Shown: in pieces, positions 29,963 to 41,272 of the stretch
How the letters are laid out: every line of letters begins with the position of its first letter
How positions within the stretch are numbered: position 1 is the stretch's first letter
Assembly (NCBI GenBank): GCA_963758525.1
Contig: CAVWVQ010000003.1
Span: 2,912,001-2,976,000 of the forward strand
Direction: 5' to 3'
Source of the DNA: an uncultured Phycisphaerales bacterium
GTDB lineage: Bacteria > Planctomycetota > Phycisphaerae > Tepidisphaerales > Tepidisphaeraceae
Length of the DNA: 64,000 nucleotides
Notes under the pieces: model-generated
Told to the model about the DNA's origin: nothing
The model's database searches: none
Seen by the model: the letters and a program-made list of their open reading frames with translations, nothing else
Program-made: the position numbers and the translations under genes

Positions 29963-32224
29963 TTACTGCATCGCGTCGACGCCCGACGGCGATGGAAGCC
30001 GACGCCGGCTCCTGCTCGAATGTCCGTTGGTGGCTCCGCCGTTCTCCTCCGGCAGGCTCTTGTATGCCTGACCGGCCTGATAGGCGTAGCTTCCGTAGTA
30101 GCCGTATTGCTCTTCCCCGCGCGGCACGTCGTTCACGACCACGCCGAGGAGCCGCGATCCAACACTCATCAGCCCCGCGCGCGCCAGTTCCGCACCCTGG
30201 CGGGTTGTCTTGCCGGCTCGCAGCACCAGGAGCGACAGATCACATACCGCGCCCAGAATCCGCGCGTCGGTCACCGCGATGACCGGCGGGCAGTCCAGCA
30301 CGATGTGGTCATACTTCTGGCTCAGCTCTTCAAGGATTCCGGCAAATGATTCGCCGTTGAGCAGTTCGGATGGATTCAGCGGCAGCGGCCCGGCCGGGAG
30401 CAAATCGAGCCCCTCGACCACGGTGCGGCGGATCGCCTTGGCGAGCGGTTCGTGCCCGGCGAGAACCGCCGTCAGCCCCGACTCGTCTTTCAGTTCAAAC
30501 ATCCGGTGCTGCACCGGCCGGCGGAAGTCCGCGTCGAGCAGAAGCGTCCGCTTGCCCGCCTGCGCCATGCTGATCGCCAGGTTGCTGGCGAGGGTAGATT
30601 TGCCGTCGCCGGGCGTGGGCGAAGTGACGACGATAGTCCGCGCCTGCCCTGCCGGCACTCCAAAATGAACGGCGGTGCGCACCGCGCGATATGCCTCGGA
30701 GACTTCCGACATCGGGTCCCAGTGCACTGCCTGCGCCCGGGCCAGCGGGGTCAGGCCGCGCTTCATATGCGGCACGACGCCGACCACGGGCAAGCCCAGC
30801 AGACTGGCGATCTCTTCCGCGGAGCGAACGCGCTGATCCAGCTTGTCGCGCAACAGCGCGAAGCCGATGCCGCAGCCAAGTCCCATCGCCAGGGTCAGGA
30901 GCAGCACGCGGCTTGGGTCGGGGGTGCGCAATGCGTCGATACCGGTCGCCATCCGCAGAACGCGGATGTTCGGAAGGCCGCCGGCGAGGAACAGAAGATC
31001 CTGTTGCTTGATTTGGGTGTCCAAGGCATCAAGAACTTTGGCGGTGCTGGCCTCGGCGTTCTGGAGCTTCATCAGGTCGCCTTCGGCGTCATTGACCCCG
31101 GCGGCCTCTTTCTCCACGGCGTGGATCTGCTCGTCGATCGCTTTGACTTGCTCTTCTGCCTGCACCTTCGCCTGCTCAAGGCTCCCAAGGAATTCGCCCG
31201 CGAATTTCTTCGCCAGAATCTGGAGCCGGGCCGTCATCTCGGTGACGATCAACTTGTCTCGAACCACCAGCGGATTTTTGTCAGAGTAGGTGCCGGCGTA
31301 GAGCAAAAGGCGCGACTCCGCGTCGCTCAGAAGTTTCTGGGTCTGCGCGATCGCGTCGGTGGTGGATGGTGTTTTGAAGTTCTGGCTGAGCGCAAATTGC
31401 TGCAGCTTGGGCAGATCGTCCCTCATCTGGTCGGCGGTGTTGTAAGCGGCGGTGACTGTCGACTCCTGCAGCACCGCCGTTGTCTTCGCGTCAAAGAGCC
31501 GGGCCAGCTCCGTATTCACAACATTCGGCCCGGTGCCGCTGCTGTTGTTTGCCAGTTCCGGATGCTGCTTGCGGAAGTCGATTTCCGCGTCGCGCTCGCG
31601 GGTCAGCAGGTCTTCGTATTTCTGCTGTTCCTGGCGCAGCACATCGATCAACGCGTGGGAAGTGTCGCCGTGGGTTTTGGTGATGTACTTGATGTAGGAG
31701 TTGACGATCGCATTGACGTCATTGGCAGCATCATCCGCGAGCTTGTCCGTATACGAGAGGCTGATCACGCTGTCCTTCTTCCCGACATCGGCGGCGAGCT
31801 TGAAACTCAGCGTGTTCATCAAATCGTGCAGCTCGTCTTCCGTGCCGTTTGGACGAAGGCTTTTTGCGGCGTCCTGACAGACCGCCGGGGAGGTCATGAT
31901 CGTCACCTGCTGCCAGAGGAACCCGTCGCCGCTGTCCATCGGATTGCTGACCGCGCCGGCCAGACTCGCCGATTGCGGGGGATTGATCGTCAACTGCGAC
32001 GTTGAGGTGTAGGAGGGCGGCATGACGCGCAGGAAAACGACTGCGCCGAGCACGAACAGAACCGTGATGGACAAGACCGCCCAGCGGCGGCGCCAAATGC
32101 TTCCAAATACATTTGGCACAGCCTCTTCGGTCTCACCCGGCATGGAATGAGACATGCCGGCTTCGCGTCGCATGAGCGCACTGCCAGCGTTGGGGTCCAT
32201 CAACTGTTTGCGATTCATCGTCAT
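29963..32224 (-). CDS. wzc: Polysaccharide co-polymerase / tyrosine autokinase
   Basis: Two TMs flanking a coiled-coil domain; SEAYR..RT, Walker A TSPTPGDGKST, LLDADFRRP, LDCPP; Tyr cluster YGYYGSYAY. Confidence 0.9.
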   Translation of the reverse strand: MTMNRKQLMDPNAGSALMRREAGMSHSMPGETEEAVPNVFGSIWRRRWAVLSITVLFVLGAVVFLRVMPPSYTSTSQLTINPPQSASLAGAVSNPMDSGDGFLWQQVTIMTSPAVCQDAAKSLRPNGTEDELHDLMNTLSFKLAADVGKKDSVISLSYTDKLADDAANDVNAIVNSYIKYITKTHGDTSHALIDVLRQEQQKYEDLLTRERDAEIDFRKQHPELANNSSGTGPNVVNTELARLFDAKTTAVLQESTVTAAYNTADQMRDDLPKLQQFALSQNFKTPSTTDAIAQTQKLLSDAESRLLLYAGTYSDKNPLVVRDKLIVTEMTARLQILAKKFAGEFLGSLEQAKVQAEEQVKAIDEQIHAVEKEAAGVNDAEGDLMKLQNAEASTAKVLDALDTQIKQQDLLFLAGGLPNIRVLRMATGIDALRTPDPSRVLLLTLAMGLGCGIGFALLRDKLDQRVRSAEEIASLLGLPVVGVVPHMKRGLTPLARAQAVHWDPMSEVSEAYRAVRTAVHFGVPAGQARTIVVTSPTPGDGKSTLASNLAISMAQAGKRTLLLDADFRRPVQHRMFELKDESGLTAVLAGHEPLAKAIRRTVVEGLDLLPAGPLPLNPSELLNGESFAGILEELSQKYDHIVLDCPPVIAVTDARILGAVCDLSLLVLRAGKTTRQGAELARAGLMSVGSRLLGVVVNDVPRGEEQYGYYGSYAYQAGQAYKSLPEENGGATNGHSSRSRRRLPSPSGVDAMQ

Positions 32225-32670
32225 ACTCTCCCTGAGGATAACGGCAATCCGCACTGGCGACTCAAGCCGTTCCTGCCGTCAAAATCGAAACTATCAGCCG
32301 CGGCAGTTAAGTAATTCACCTCAGCCCAGCATTTGCGGCCGATAATCCGCGCTCACGCGCCCCACGCCCCAACCTCTGATCAGGGCGCATCGAGTCCGAT
32401 CTGCATACGATGCTACGTGGCACAAATCCTGGGGTTCCGTTCAGCAATCCCAAAAACGCGCGGCACAATCATCGCGACCCACGCAGTCTGCCCAGCGCTT
32501 TAGTGTAGCCCGCGGACGTAATTCTGAAAAGGAAGGTCCGATAACTGCGCGGGGCAGGAGCGTTCTCTCCATCACTCCGGAGTCATAAGCTACGATTAGA
32601 AAATGTGTTAGCGCAATTTGCGCTAAGCTGGATGGGCCGGCCAAATTGAGAGGGCGCAGCGGCCCATCCT

Positions 32671-33423
32671 TTATGAGCCGGGATTTCGGCTGGAAGGGGT
32701 TCGGGAGCGAGGCGTGGGAGCGCTTCGCTGAGGCTTCTCCGCGCTCACCAGCGCCGCCCTGGCGGCAGTTAACTGCTGCTGAGCGGTCGTAAGCTGCTGT
32801 TGTGCGGCGATGTATTCAGGATCCACCTGCAATACCGCCGTCACCTGAGCCTGAAGTGCGTCCATGGCCTTCTTCGCATCCGCGAGTTCTTCTTTGGCGG
32901 TTCCAAGGTTCCCATCGGCGTCACGCGCATCGCTTTCCATCTTGTTCATCGCGAAACCGTCGTTGAGCACCTCCCCGGCGGCCTCGCTCAGTTGATCGTC
33001 CTGCGCCTTCTGGTCCTCCGAACTCGCTGCCCTGGGCTCCGACTTCAGCTCTTCCAGCTTTGCCTGGGCAGCTTTGCGACTCGTCGCCAGCTTTTGATAA
33101 TCGGGGTTCACCTGCAGCGCCGCCATCACCGGCTTGAGCGCCGAATCGTAATGCGCCTGCGCGTCGGAGAGCGCCTTTTTCGCGGCGATCCAATCGTCTC
33201 TCGATTCAAAAGTGGATGCCACGCGGGCATGAATCTGCGCGATATTCGCGCGAACCGCATAAACGGCCGCCTGCGCGTCGGCGACGGCCTTACGCGATGC
33301 CGCCAGGGGGCTCAAGGGCGTCTGCGACGGCTGCGGAGGGACGCCCTGCGCACGGACAAAAGCCCCGCAAACCGCAAGCGTCCCCACTGCACAAACGGCG
33401 GCGAGCCTCCAACGCGCTGTCAT
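32671..33423 (-). CDS. Secreted coiled-coil hypothetical protein
   Basis: Signal peptide ending VRA; Ala/Gln/Lys-rich helical body. Confidence 0.65.
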   Translation of the reverse strand: MTARWRLAAVCAVGTLAVCGAFVRAQGVPPQPSQTPLSPLAASRKAVADAQAAVYAVRANIAQIHARVASTFESRDDWIAAKKALSDAQAHYDSALKPVMAALQVNPDYQKLATSRKAAQAKLEELKSEPRAASSEDQKAQDDQLSEAAGEVLNDGFAMNKMESDARDADGNLGTAKEELADAKKAMDALQAQVTAVLQVDPEYIAAQQQLTTAQQQLTAARAALVSAEKPQRSAPTPRSRTPSSRNPGS

Positions 33424-33611
33424 ATGACACTCCGATGGTTCGACGCACCCCGAGGACGCTGGCAGTCATCCAGGAAGTCCACGCCTTGGCGGCGGCTCGT
33501 TACCGCGGCTGCCTCTCCACTTCCGTTATTGTACCAAATGCGCGAGAGCGGGGAAATGTTACGCCCAGGGCAATCGCATGGGGTGTGCCCGGAATTTAGG
33601 GAGCAAGCGCC

Positions 33612-34054
33612 CCCTCCCCTGGCAGAATCCGGGACGGCGCGAGTACGCTTTGTCCCGGCGTGATTGGTGGGTTGATGTGTATCGCCCGCACGCCGGGGCA
33701 GAGCGTGCTCGCGCCGCCCCGGATTCTGCCGGGGAGGGTGAGGGTGCTTTCGAACGTAGAGGATCTCTCGCAATCCGCATGAACCCCTTCGAGCATTCAG
33801 CGACTTTCTTACGCTCGAAATCACCCTCACCCCGCCCTCTCCCGGAATACCGGGAGAGGGGGTTAGCGCGCAGAGACGGTAGTGCACCTCTACCAGCATG
33901 TAACTTTTATTTGTGGCGATTGCAGATTTTGCGATCGTAGGGCGGGATTCATCCCGCCGTTTTCTCAGCCGGCCAACAAATCGGCGGGATGAATCCCGCC
34001 CTACTCGGAGCCGATCGCCACTTTCGAGCGCCACACCCCCTCTACCAGCATGTA
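33612..34054. repeat. Composite REP cluster: ~50 bp-arm hairpin, family A doublet and family B REPIN
   Basis: Hairpin 33612-33738; family A copy ~33808-33862; family B copy 33937-34033; 16 bp direct repeat at 33887 and 34039. Confidence 0.8.
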
Positions 34055-34116
34055 GCGTGAACCTGTTGCGTCCGCCCCCTTTCCATTGCAAACTGCTCTG
34101 TTCGGCGAAGCAGCAG

Positions 34117-35970
34117 ATGATCCCTGTTTTTGACATTGTCGTGATTGGCGGCGGGCACGCCGGGGCGGAGGCCGCCTGGGCTGCTGCGCGCCTGGGGGCG
34201 GCGGTCGCCCTGATCACCCTCGATCCAACCAAAACCGGGCAGATGTCCTGCAACCCCGCCATCGGAGGCCTGGCCAAAGGGCAGATGGTTCGCGAGATTG
34301 ACGCCCTGGGCGGATTGATGGGGCAGGCGATCGATCAGACGGGCATTCAGTTTCGCATGCTCAACCGCAGCAAAGGCCCCGCCGTCTGGGGACCGGCGCC
34401 CAGGCGGACAAATACAAATACGCCCTTGAAGTGCAGCGCCTCCTCGGAACCTGCCCGAACATCACCATCGTCGCCGGCGAGGCCGCTGAACTCCTCACGG
34501 CGTCCTCTTCATCTCAATCATCCGCATCCCCGCAATTCCAAATCAACGGAGTGCTTCTCGCCGACGGTTCCACGCTGCATTGCCGGGCTGCGATCGTCAC
34601 GACCGGCACCTTCCTCCGCGGCCTCATGCACACCGGAGAAACAAAGACTGACGGCGGGCGCGTCGGCGAATCCGCGGCACGGGGATTGTCCGCGTCCCTT
34701 GCTCGTCTTGGACTCGAGCTGGGAAGACTCAAGACGGGAACGCCACCGCGTCTGCACCGCGACTCGATCGACTTCGCCGAGTTCGAGCCTCAGCCCGGCG
34801 ACGATCAGCCCGCGCCCTTCTCCTATCTGAATGACTACGCGGCAACGGGGTCCGAATGGCGTCCCCCGCTGCCGCAGGTTCATTGCTGGATCGGCGCCAC
34901 CAATCACGCGATGCATGAGATCATCCGCGCGAATCTGCACCGCGCCGATGTACAGCGGACAGATTGCCTCGACCGGACCGCGCTATTGCCCGAGCATCGA
35001 AGACAAGGTCGTGCGTTTCGCGGACAAGCAGCAACATCAGATCTTCCTCGAGCCCGAAGGCCTCGACACGCCGGAGATCTATTGCAACGGGATCAGCACT
35101 TCGCTTCCTGCCGACGTGCAGGAGCAGATCATTCGCCTGGTTCCCGGCCTTCAGTCGGCAAGGATTCTGCGCTTTGGCTATGCCGTCGAATATGACATGG
35201 TCTGGCCGACGCAGATTCAGGCGACGCTTCAGACCAAGCGCGTTGCGGGGCTGTTCCTGGCCGGGCAGATCAATGGAACCAGCGGCTACGAGGAGGCCGC
35301 CGCGCAGGGGCTCGTCGCCGGCATCAATGCCGCGCGCTTCGTGAGTGAAGGCGCCGCGGATGTTGTGCTGCGGCGCGATCAGGCTTACATCGGCGTCTTG
35401 ATCGACGACCTGGTGACCAAGCCGCCCACCGAGCCGTATCGCATGTTCACCAGCCGGGCCGAGCATCGCCTGCATCTGCGCAGCGACAACGCCGACCAGC
35501 GCCTCACCGCGCTGGGCCGCGAGATCGGGCTTGTCGATGATCGCCGCTGGCAGCAGTTCTCCGCGCGCCAGGATGTTCTGGCGAGCGCCATGGTGATGCT
35601 CAAGTCATCGCGGATCGGCGATCTGAGCGCATTCGATTTCCTGCGCCGCCCCAACCACGCATGGACCGACGTCGCAGCGCACCTGCCGGCGGCGGGGCAC
35701 GTCGCCGCCGACATTGCCAGGCAGATCGACATTCTCGCCAAGTATGAGGGATACATCGCCCGGCAGGACCGCCAGATCGAACGCTTCTCCCAGCTCGAAT
35801 CAAAGCTCATTCCCGCGTCCCTCGATTACGCCAGTGTCATTGGATTGCGCAACGAAGCTCGCCAGAAGCTCGGAACTTTTACTCCGCGCAGTCTGGGCCA
35901 GGCCCTGCGCATCAGCGGCATCACTCCGGCGGATGTGACCGTATTGGCGATTCATCTGCAGCGCCGGTAG
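34117..35970 (+). CDS. mnmG: tRNA uridine-5-carboxymethylaminomethyl modification enzyme MnmG (frameshifts near 34397 and 34945)
   Basis: [56 protein letters not shown] spread over three frames. Confidence 0.93.
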
Positions 35971-36136
35971 CTGCGCCCAGTCCGCGGGCGGTGCGGTCAG
36001 AATTTGCGATTCTGAGAGCGGAAATGTGCAAGGCCCAATGGCCAACAAAGCACCAAACTCCAAGGCCCAGGGTTGGTGTTCGCATTGGTCATTGCGGCTT
36101 GGGATTTTGTTGGCCATTGGGCCTTGGCCATTTCTG

Positions 36137-36234
36137 GTAGGGCGGGATTCATCCCGCCGTTTTCTCGGCCGGCCAACAAAATCGGCGGGATGAATCCCGC
36201 CCTACTCCAAGCCGATCGCCACTTTTGAGCGCCA
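36137..36234. repeat. Family-B REPIN, direct-repeat twin of 33937-34033
   Basis: About 5 differences over 97-98 bp, including spacer and 3' flank. Confidence 0.9.
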
Positions 36235-36331
36235 TATCTGCCGGCGTCGTCCGCTTCCACGCCGTTGAGCAATTTACAACCTGCAGTACAATCGCGTTTC
36301 GCCGTCGCAGCCCCAACGATGAGGAGCAGAG

Positions 36332-37255
36332 ATGTCTGATCAATTCGATTTCTTACCGCCGTCGAAACCGGTCTCCCGCCGCAATATTCTGACACGGGCC
36401 GGCAGCGCCGCCGCGGTGCTTGCCGCATCAGGCGCCATGGCGTCGGCCGATGATGCAAACGTGAACCCCGCTCCCGCTGCTTCCCAGGGCCTTGCGATCC
36501 ACAACAACCGCATTCGCCAGACGCTCTGCGCCTGGTGTTACTCCAAGCTGACGCTCGAGCAACTCTGTGAGACGGCCAATCAGCTCGGCTATCTCGGCAT
36601 CGATCTGGTCGGCCCCAGCACGTTCGCGACCTTGAAGAAATACAATCTCGTCGGCACGATGACGCCGAGCCACTCGATTCAGAAGGGGACCAACCATCGG
36701 GAAAACTGGGACGAGTGCCTTGCCGCGATCCGCAAGGGCATCGAAGCGACTTCCGACGCGGGCTTCCCCAACGTCATCTGCTTTTCCGGCAACCGCAATG
36801 GCATGGACGATCACGAGGGAATGAAGAACTGCGCCGAGGCGCTCAAGCAGGTCGTCGGCCTTGCGGAAGAGAAGCACGTCACGGTCTGCATGGAACTGCT
36901 CAACAGCAAGGTCAATCATCACGATTACATGTGCGACCACAGCTCGTGGGGAATTGAGCTTGTGAAAATGGTCGGTTCCGAGCGATTCAAACTGCTTTAC
37001 GACATCTATCATATGCAGATCATGGAAGGCGACGTGATCAGCTGCATCAGCGCCAATCACGAATACTTCGCGCACTATCACACCGCCGGCGTACCGGGCC
37101 GCCACGAAATCGACGAGTCGCAGGAGCTGTTTTATCCTGCCATCGTGAAGGCGATCGTCGCGACCGGTTACAAGGGCTGGCTGGGGCAGGAATTTATTCC
37201 CGTGCACGACACGGTCGCATCACTGCGCGAAGCAGGCAAGATCTGCGACGTTTGA
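36332..37255 (+). CDS. Hydroxypyruvate-isomerase-family TIM-barrel protein with Tat signal
   Basis: SRRNIL; ICFSGNR, MELLNSKV.H.DY, LYDIYHMQIMEGD, HYHTAG.PGRHE. Confidence 0.85.
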   Translation: MSDQFDFLPPSKPVSRRNILTRAGSAAAVLAASGAMASADDANVNPAPAASQGLAIHNNRIRQTLCAWCYSKLTLEQLCETANQLGYLGIDLVGPSTFATLKKYNLVGTMTPSHSIQKGTNHRENWDECLAAIRKGIEATSDAGFPNVICFSGNRNGMDDHEGMKNCAEALKQVVGLAEEKHVTVCMELLNSKVNHHDYMCDHSSWGIELVKMVGSERFKLLYDIYHMQIMEGDVISCISANHEYFAHYHTAGVPGRHEIDESQELFYPAIVKAIVATGYKGWLGQEFIPVHDTVASLREAGKICDV

Positions 37256-37988
37256 AGGCATCTTTTCGATTTCGGCGGAAAAACCGCCGAAGCTGGGGGC
37301 TTTGCTTGGCGCCGGCGAGCGACTCCGCAACCGGCGGGGTGTTGAATGCAAATTCAATTATTTTAGTGTTTCCGCTGAAAATATAGCGTCCCCTCTTTGC
37401 GCATTCTAAACACGCCATCAGACCCGCTGCCATCTTAGGTAAAGGGCGCCACGCTCAATTCCTCTTCTCTAGTTTGTCATCCGCCGAGGGTCCGGCAATT
37501 AAGCAAAAAAATTTTTGCCGGGCATATTGCGTCGTGGGCGCGCCACGAAGGGAGGCGTTCGCACAGCGAATATCCGCGGCTGATAAAATATCGAAATCTT
37601 GCGATCATCGAGCTGCGAGATTATCTCTAAAACAGCTAAAGGTCCCTGATTGCAGATATCTGGCGCAATCGGCGGGGTTCCGCAATCCCCGCCGCGAAGT
37701 CCAGGCAGTGGTATCATAAACTTGCTCTGACATTGATGTGTGTCGCGGTCGTTCGCGGGGCGGATCGGCTGCACCTGCGCGGATCGCGCGGCAAATTTTT
37801 TTATTTTATTGCTTGAATGAGGCTGACAGCATTTATCGGTCCCGCTATAAGCCGACCCGCGGGATTGGTCAGATTCATTTCCGATTCCCGCAATCACAAC
37901 TGAATTTTGTAACCCGAACGCTGGACGTTTGCCGCCCCTGCGCAAGCTGAGTCCCCAGCCTTCGATTGCCGCTTCAAGGAGACTTCGC

Positions 37989-39858
37989 ATGGGATTGCAG
38001 CGCGAACAGCGCACGGGCCGTTCCCTTCACGTTGAATCGCTCGAGGCGCGGCGGATGTTCAGCGTCGTGAACGTCACGCCCTCCAATTATCTTGCGGCCA
38101 TCAAGAGCAGCAACAATGGGGACTCCATCAGCTTCGCCCCCGGGGAGTACGACCTCAGCTCGTCTTCCAACTTGCAGCTTCCCGGCAATCGCACCTACGT
38201 CGGCAACGGCGCCGTCTTCCAGGGGAATGGCAGCGCGATTGTCGATGTTGGCTATTCCAGCAATCTCGATTTTTCCGGATTCGTCCTCGACGGCGTCGAA
38301 GCATCGGCTGATAACGCCGACAATCTCAATTTCCACAACAACATCGTCAAAAACTCCTCGACCCAGGGTGGGTTCTGCAACGATGGCATGACCAACAGCA
38401 GCGTCAGCAATAATACATTCACAAATCTCAACTGCGGGGTGTACGGTTACCCGCACGACAACAATAAAGTGGACGGCAACAGCTTCGATTACGTCACCGA
38501 GCCAATCCACTTTGTCGCGTACACGCCCGCCAACGGCCTGGAGATTTCCGGCAACGTCGTCACCCACGCGACCCGCTTCGGCTTCGAGCTGCAGCACTCG
38601 ATCAATAACCTCAACGTCACGAACAACTACATGAGCGATTGGCTGCAGCAGGGCTCCGGCGGCGATGATTCGCACATCGCCGTCTCCTGCACCGACGGCG
38701 GATCTGGAAGCGCACCGTACAACGATCAGGGCCAGAACATCAACATCAGCAACAACGTGTTCATTCAGAGCGGCGATTCGGAGAACGTGCAGGTGTGGGC
38801 CAAGTCCGCGGTGGAGATCATGGGAACCAACGTCACCATGAACAACAATTACTGCTGGAATTGGGGCAACTACATTCTCAACGGCACGATCAACGGCCTG
38901 AGCAGCAGCAACAACACGGTGGTTGGCGGACAGCTCTACTCATCGGACATCGCTCCGTGGAGCATCGGCCCGATTACAGGCTCGGGCGACCAGGTTCTCC
39001 CCCTGGGCAGTTCCAACCCGCCGTCGGCTCCTGCTGCGGCGCAAATATTCAGAGTCAGCCGGCGCAAGTGACATCGTCCGCGCCACCCGCAGCTTCGACG
39101 CCCGCTCCAGTGACGGCAGCGCCGCCTTCGTCCGCAAGCCCGGCCCCAACCACCACGTCCACTTCCGCCACGTCTCCTCCCACCACGTCCAATGCCGATA
39201 CGTCCGTGCCGGCGACATCTGCTCCCGCTGCTTCGGCGCCAGCGCATCTGCGAGTGGGTCTTCGTCGGCCGCGTCGAATTCGTTGACAGCTTCCACCTCG
39301 ACGAGCGCGAGTGCTCCGCCGAAGACCGCGTCGGCAAACGCGTCCACCACTGCGTCCACGCCGGCAAGCTCAACGACGACGTCGTCTGGCAGCTCGACAG
39401 CGCCCGCGCCGGCATCGGTTCCGGCATCCGCACCTGCCGTCGTTTCCGCGCCAGCGCCCAGCACGCCTTCTGCAACTGCGTCGAGCCCCACGCCGGCAGC
39501 CACAGCGGCTAACCCTGCGACGACAACTGCGACCGCACAGCCCGCCGCATCGGCTACGACTACAACCGCCACGTCGTCAAGCAACATCGGTCCGGTTGCA
39601 AAGGCGTCGGCGGCACCCTCAACGTCGCTGCCGTTGGCGACTGCCGGAAAGGCGAAGAGCGCCAGCCGAACTGCCGTCAGCAAGAAGCAACTCGCGAAGA
39701 AGCCAAAAGTCAGCAAAGCAAAAAAGGCACCCCCTCATAAGAAGGCAGCGAACAAGCCACCCGCTGCATCGTCCCCCGCGAAGACGAAATCTTCCGCGAA
39801 ATCGAAGCTTTTGCACCCGATTGCCGCAACCTTTAACGCTTTGCTGCGTATAACTTGA
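37989..39858 (+). CDS. Right-handed beta-helix protein with LEPRxLL-type N-terminus, S/T/A/P linker and Lys-rich tail (frameshifts near 39045 and 39245)
   Basis: VESLEARRMFS; Asn ladders (NNTF, GNSF, SGNV, NNYM); tail assembled from ORFs 38795 and 38923. Confidence 0.7.
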
Positions 39859-40023
39859 ATCGCCCCGCGCGGCGACCGTTTGCCGCGCGGTAATTCTGTA
39901 TGCTTGACTCGCCGGAGTCGCACCGACTCTTTCGATCCGCAGCCAGCACCAACGGCAGATCCCGGGTACTTGCAGACCTTCTGCAAAGATGCTCGGTCTG
40001 CGAAGACACACCCTTGAGGTCAG

Positions 40024-41241
40024 ATGGAAACTGCGCACAGGCAGCGAGGCTATCGCTGTCGATTTTACTTTGAGTCCCTCGAATCTCGGCAGTTGCTCAG
40101 CGTCGTCAATGTCACTCCGTCCGGCTTCGCTGCTGCGATCCGCGACAGCCATAGTGGCGACACGATCAATTTCGCGCCTGGCAACTATGATCTCAAGGCC
40201 GGATCGACTCTCGAGTTGCCGGGAAATCGCACGTACGTCGGCAACGGGGCGGTGTTCGATGGCGCGGGTGTTTCCATCAGCTTCGATCGAACGCAGAATG
40301 TCGAGTTTTCCGGATTTCTGCTTGATGGCGTCGTCATCGTCGCCAACAACGTCGACAGCCTCTATTTCCACGACAACACCATCGAAAATTCGTCGGGCGA
40401 CGGCTTCACGACAACCGGGGGAATGACCAACAGCCATGTTGACCACAACACGTTTACAAACCTCAACGGCGGGATCTACGGCTATCCCCTGGGAGGAAAT
40501 ACCGTCGACAACAACACGTTCGATTACGTATTTGAGCCGATCCACTTCTCCTGCGCCCAGACCGCCGACACGATGGATGTCTCGGGCAACGTCATCACGC
40601 ATGCGACAAGAATCGGCATCGAGCTGCAGGGCTCGATTGACAATCTCACCGTCAATAACAACTTCATGAGCGACTGGCTGCAGCACGGCACGGGAAACGA
40701 CGACTCCCACATGGGAATCTCCTGCGCCACTGGCGGAAGCGGGCAGGCTCCGTACACCGACCAGGCTCAGGACGTGACCATCAGCGGCAATGTTCTCATC
40801 CAGAATGGTCCTGCCGAGAATGTCGCTGTCTGGGCAAAACCAGCAATCGAGATCATGGGATACAGCGACCTCAACGTCACCGGCAACTACGCCTGGAACT
40901 GGGGCAACTTTCTTCTCAATGGCGCTGATGGGCCCGTCACCAGCACCGGCAACACCATCGTCGGCGGCGACCTCTACGCCCCCAACAACGTGCCCTGGAA
41001 AATTGCCGGCGTGCATGCATCCGGCGATGACCGCTACGGACTCAAAGATCCCAACGCCCCCGCGTGGCGCGGGGTCCCGGGAGGGGCCGCGGAAGTCGTT
41101 GAGCCGGTCAAGAAGAATGTACCAGAACATGTGGTCCGACCTGCCAAGCCCAAGGCGCCCAAGACGGGCAAGCCGAAGGCCGCGGCGAAGGCAAAGACCT
41201 CCACGACGGTCGTGACGATCCACTCGATCCTCGCGGGATGA
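40024..41241 (+). CDS. Paralogous beta-helix protein with LEPRxLL-type N-terminus and Lys-rich tail
   Basis: FESLESRQLLS; co-linear with the upstream gene (LPGNRTYVGNGAVF, EPIHF, THATR, MSDWLQ, DDSH, WNWGN). Confidence 0.75.
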   Translation: METAHRQRGYRCRFYFESLESRQLLSVVNVTPSGFAAAIRDSHSGDTINFAPGNYDLKAGSTLELPGNRTYVGNGAVFDGAGVSISFDRTQNVEFSGFLLDGVVIVANNVDSLYFHDNTIENSSGDGFTTTGGMTNSHVDHNTFTNLNGGIYGYPLGGNTVDNNTFDYVFEPIHFSCAQTADTMDVSGNVITHATRIGIELQGSIDNLTVNNNFMSDWLQHGTGNDDSHMGISCATGGSGQAPYTDQAQDVTISGNVLIQNGPAENVAVWAKPAIEIMGYSDLNVTGNYAWNWGNFLLNGADGPVTSTGNTIVGGDLYAPNNVPWKIAGVHASGDDRYGLKDPNAPAWRGVPGGAAEVVEPVKKNVPEHVVRPAKPKAPKTGKPKAAAKAKTSTTVVTIHSILAG

Positions 41242-41272
41242 AACGTGGAGGGCGGAGCTTCTGATCGGAGGG

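Noticed and set aside
32225..32670. JUMPstart/ops element or c-di-GMP riboswitch upstream of the EPS operon
   Set aside because: No GGCGGTAG or GEMM-like consensus recognised by eye; an Rfam scan would be needed to exclude it fully
33420..34277. ORFs spanning the repeat cluster (285 aa minus strand and others)
   Set aside because: Translations of REP sequence ([17 protein letters not shown]) with no conserved domain or coupled start, unlike the sufT case
33937..36234. Composite transposon carrying mnmG
   Set aside because: No transposase and no shared outer target duplication; kept only as a direct-repeat observation
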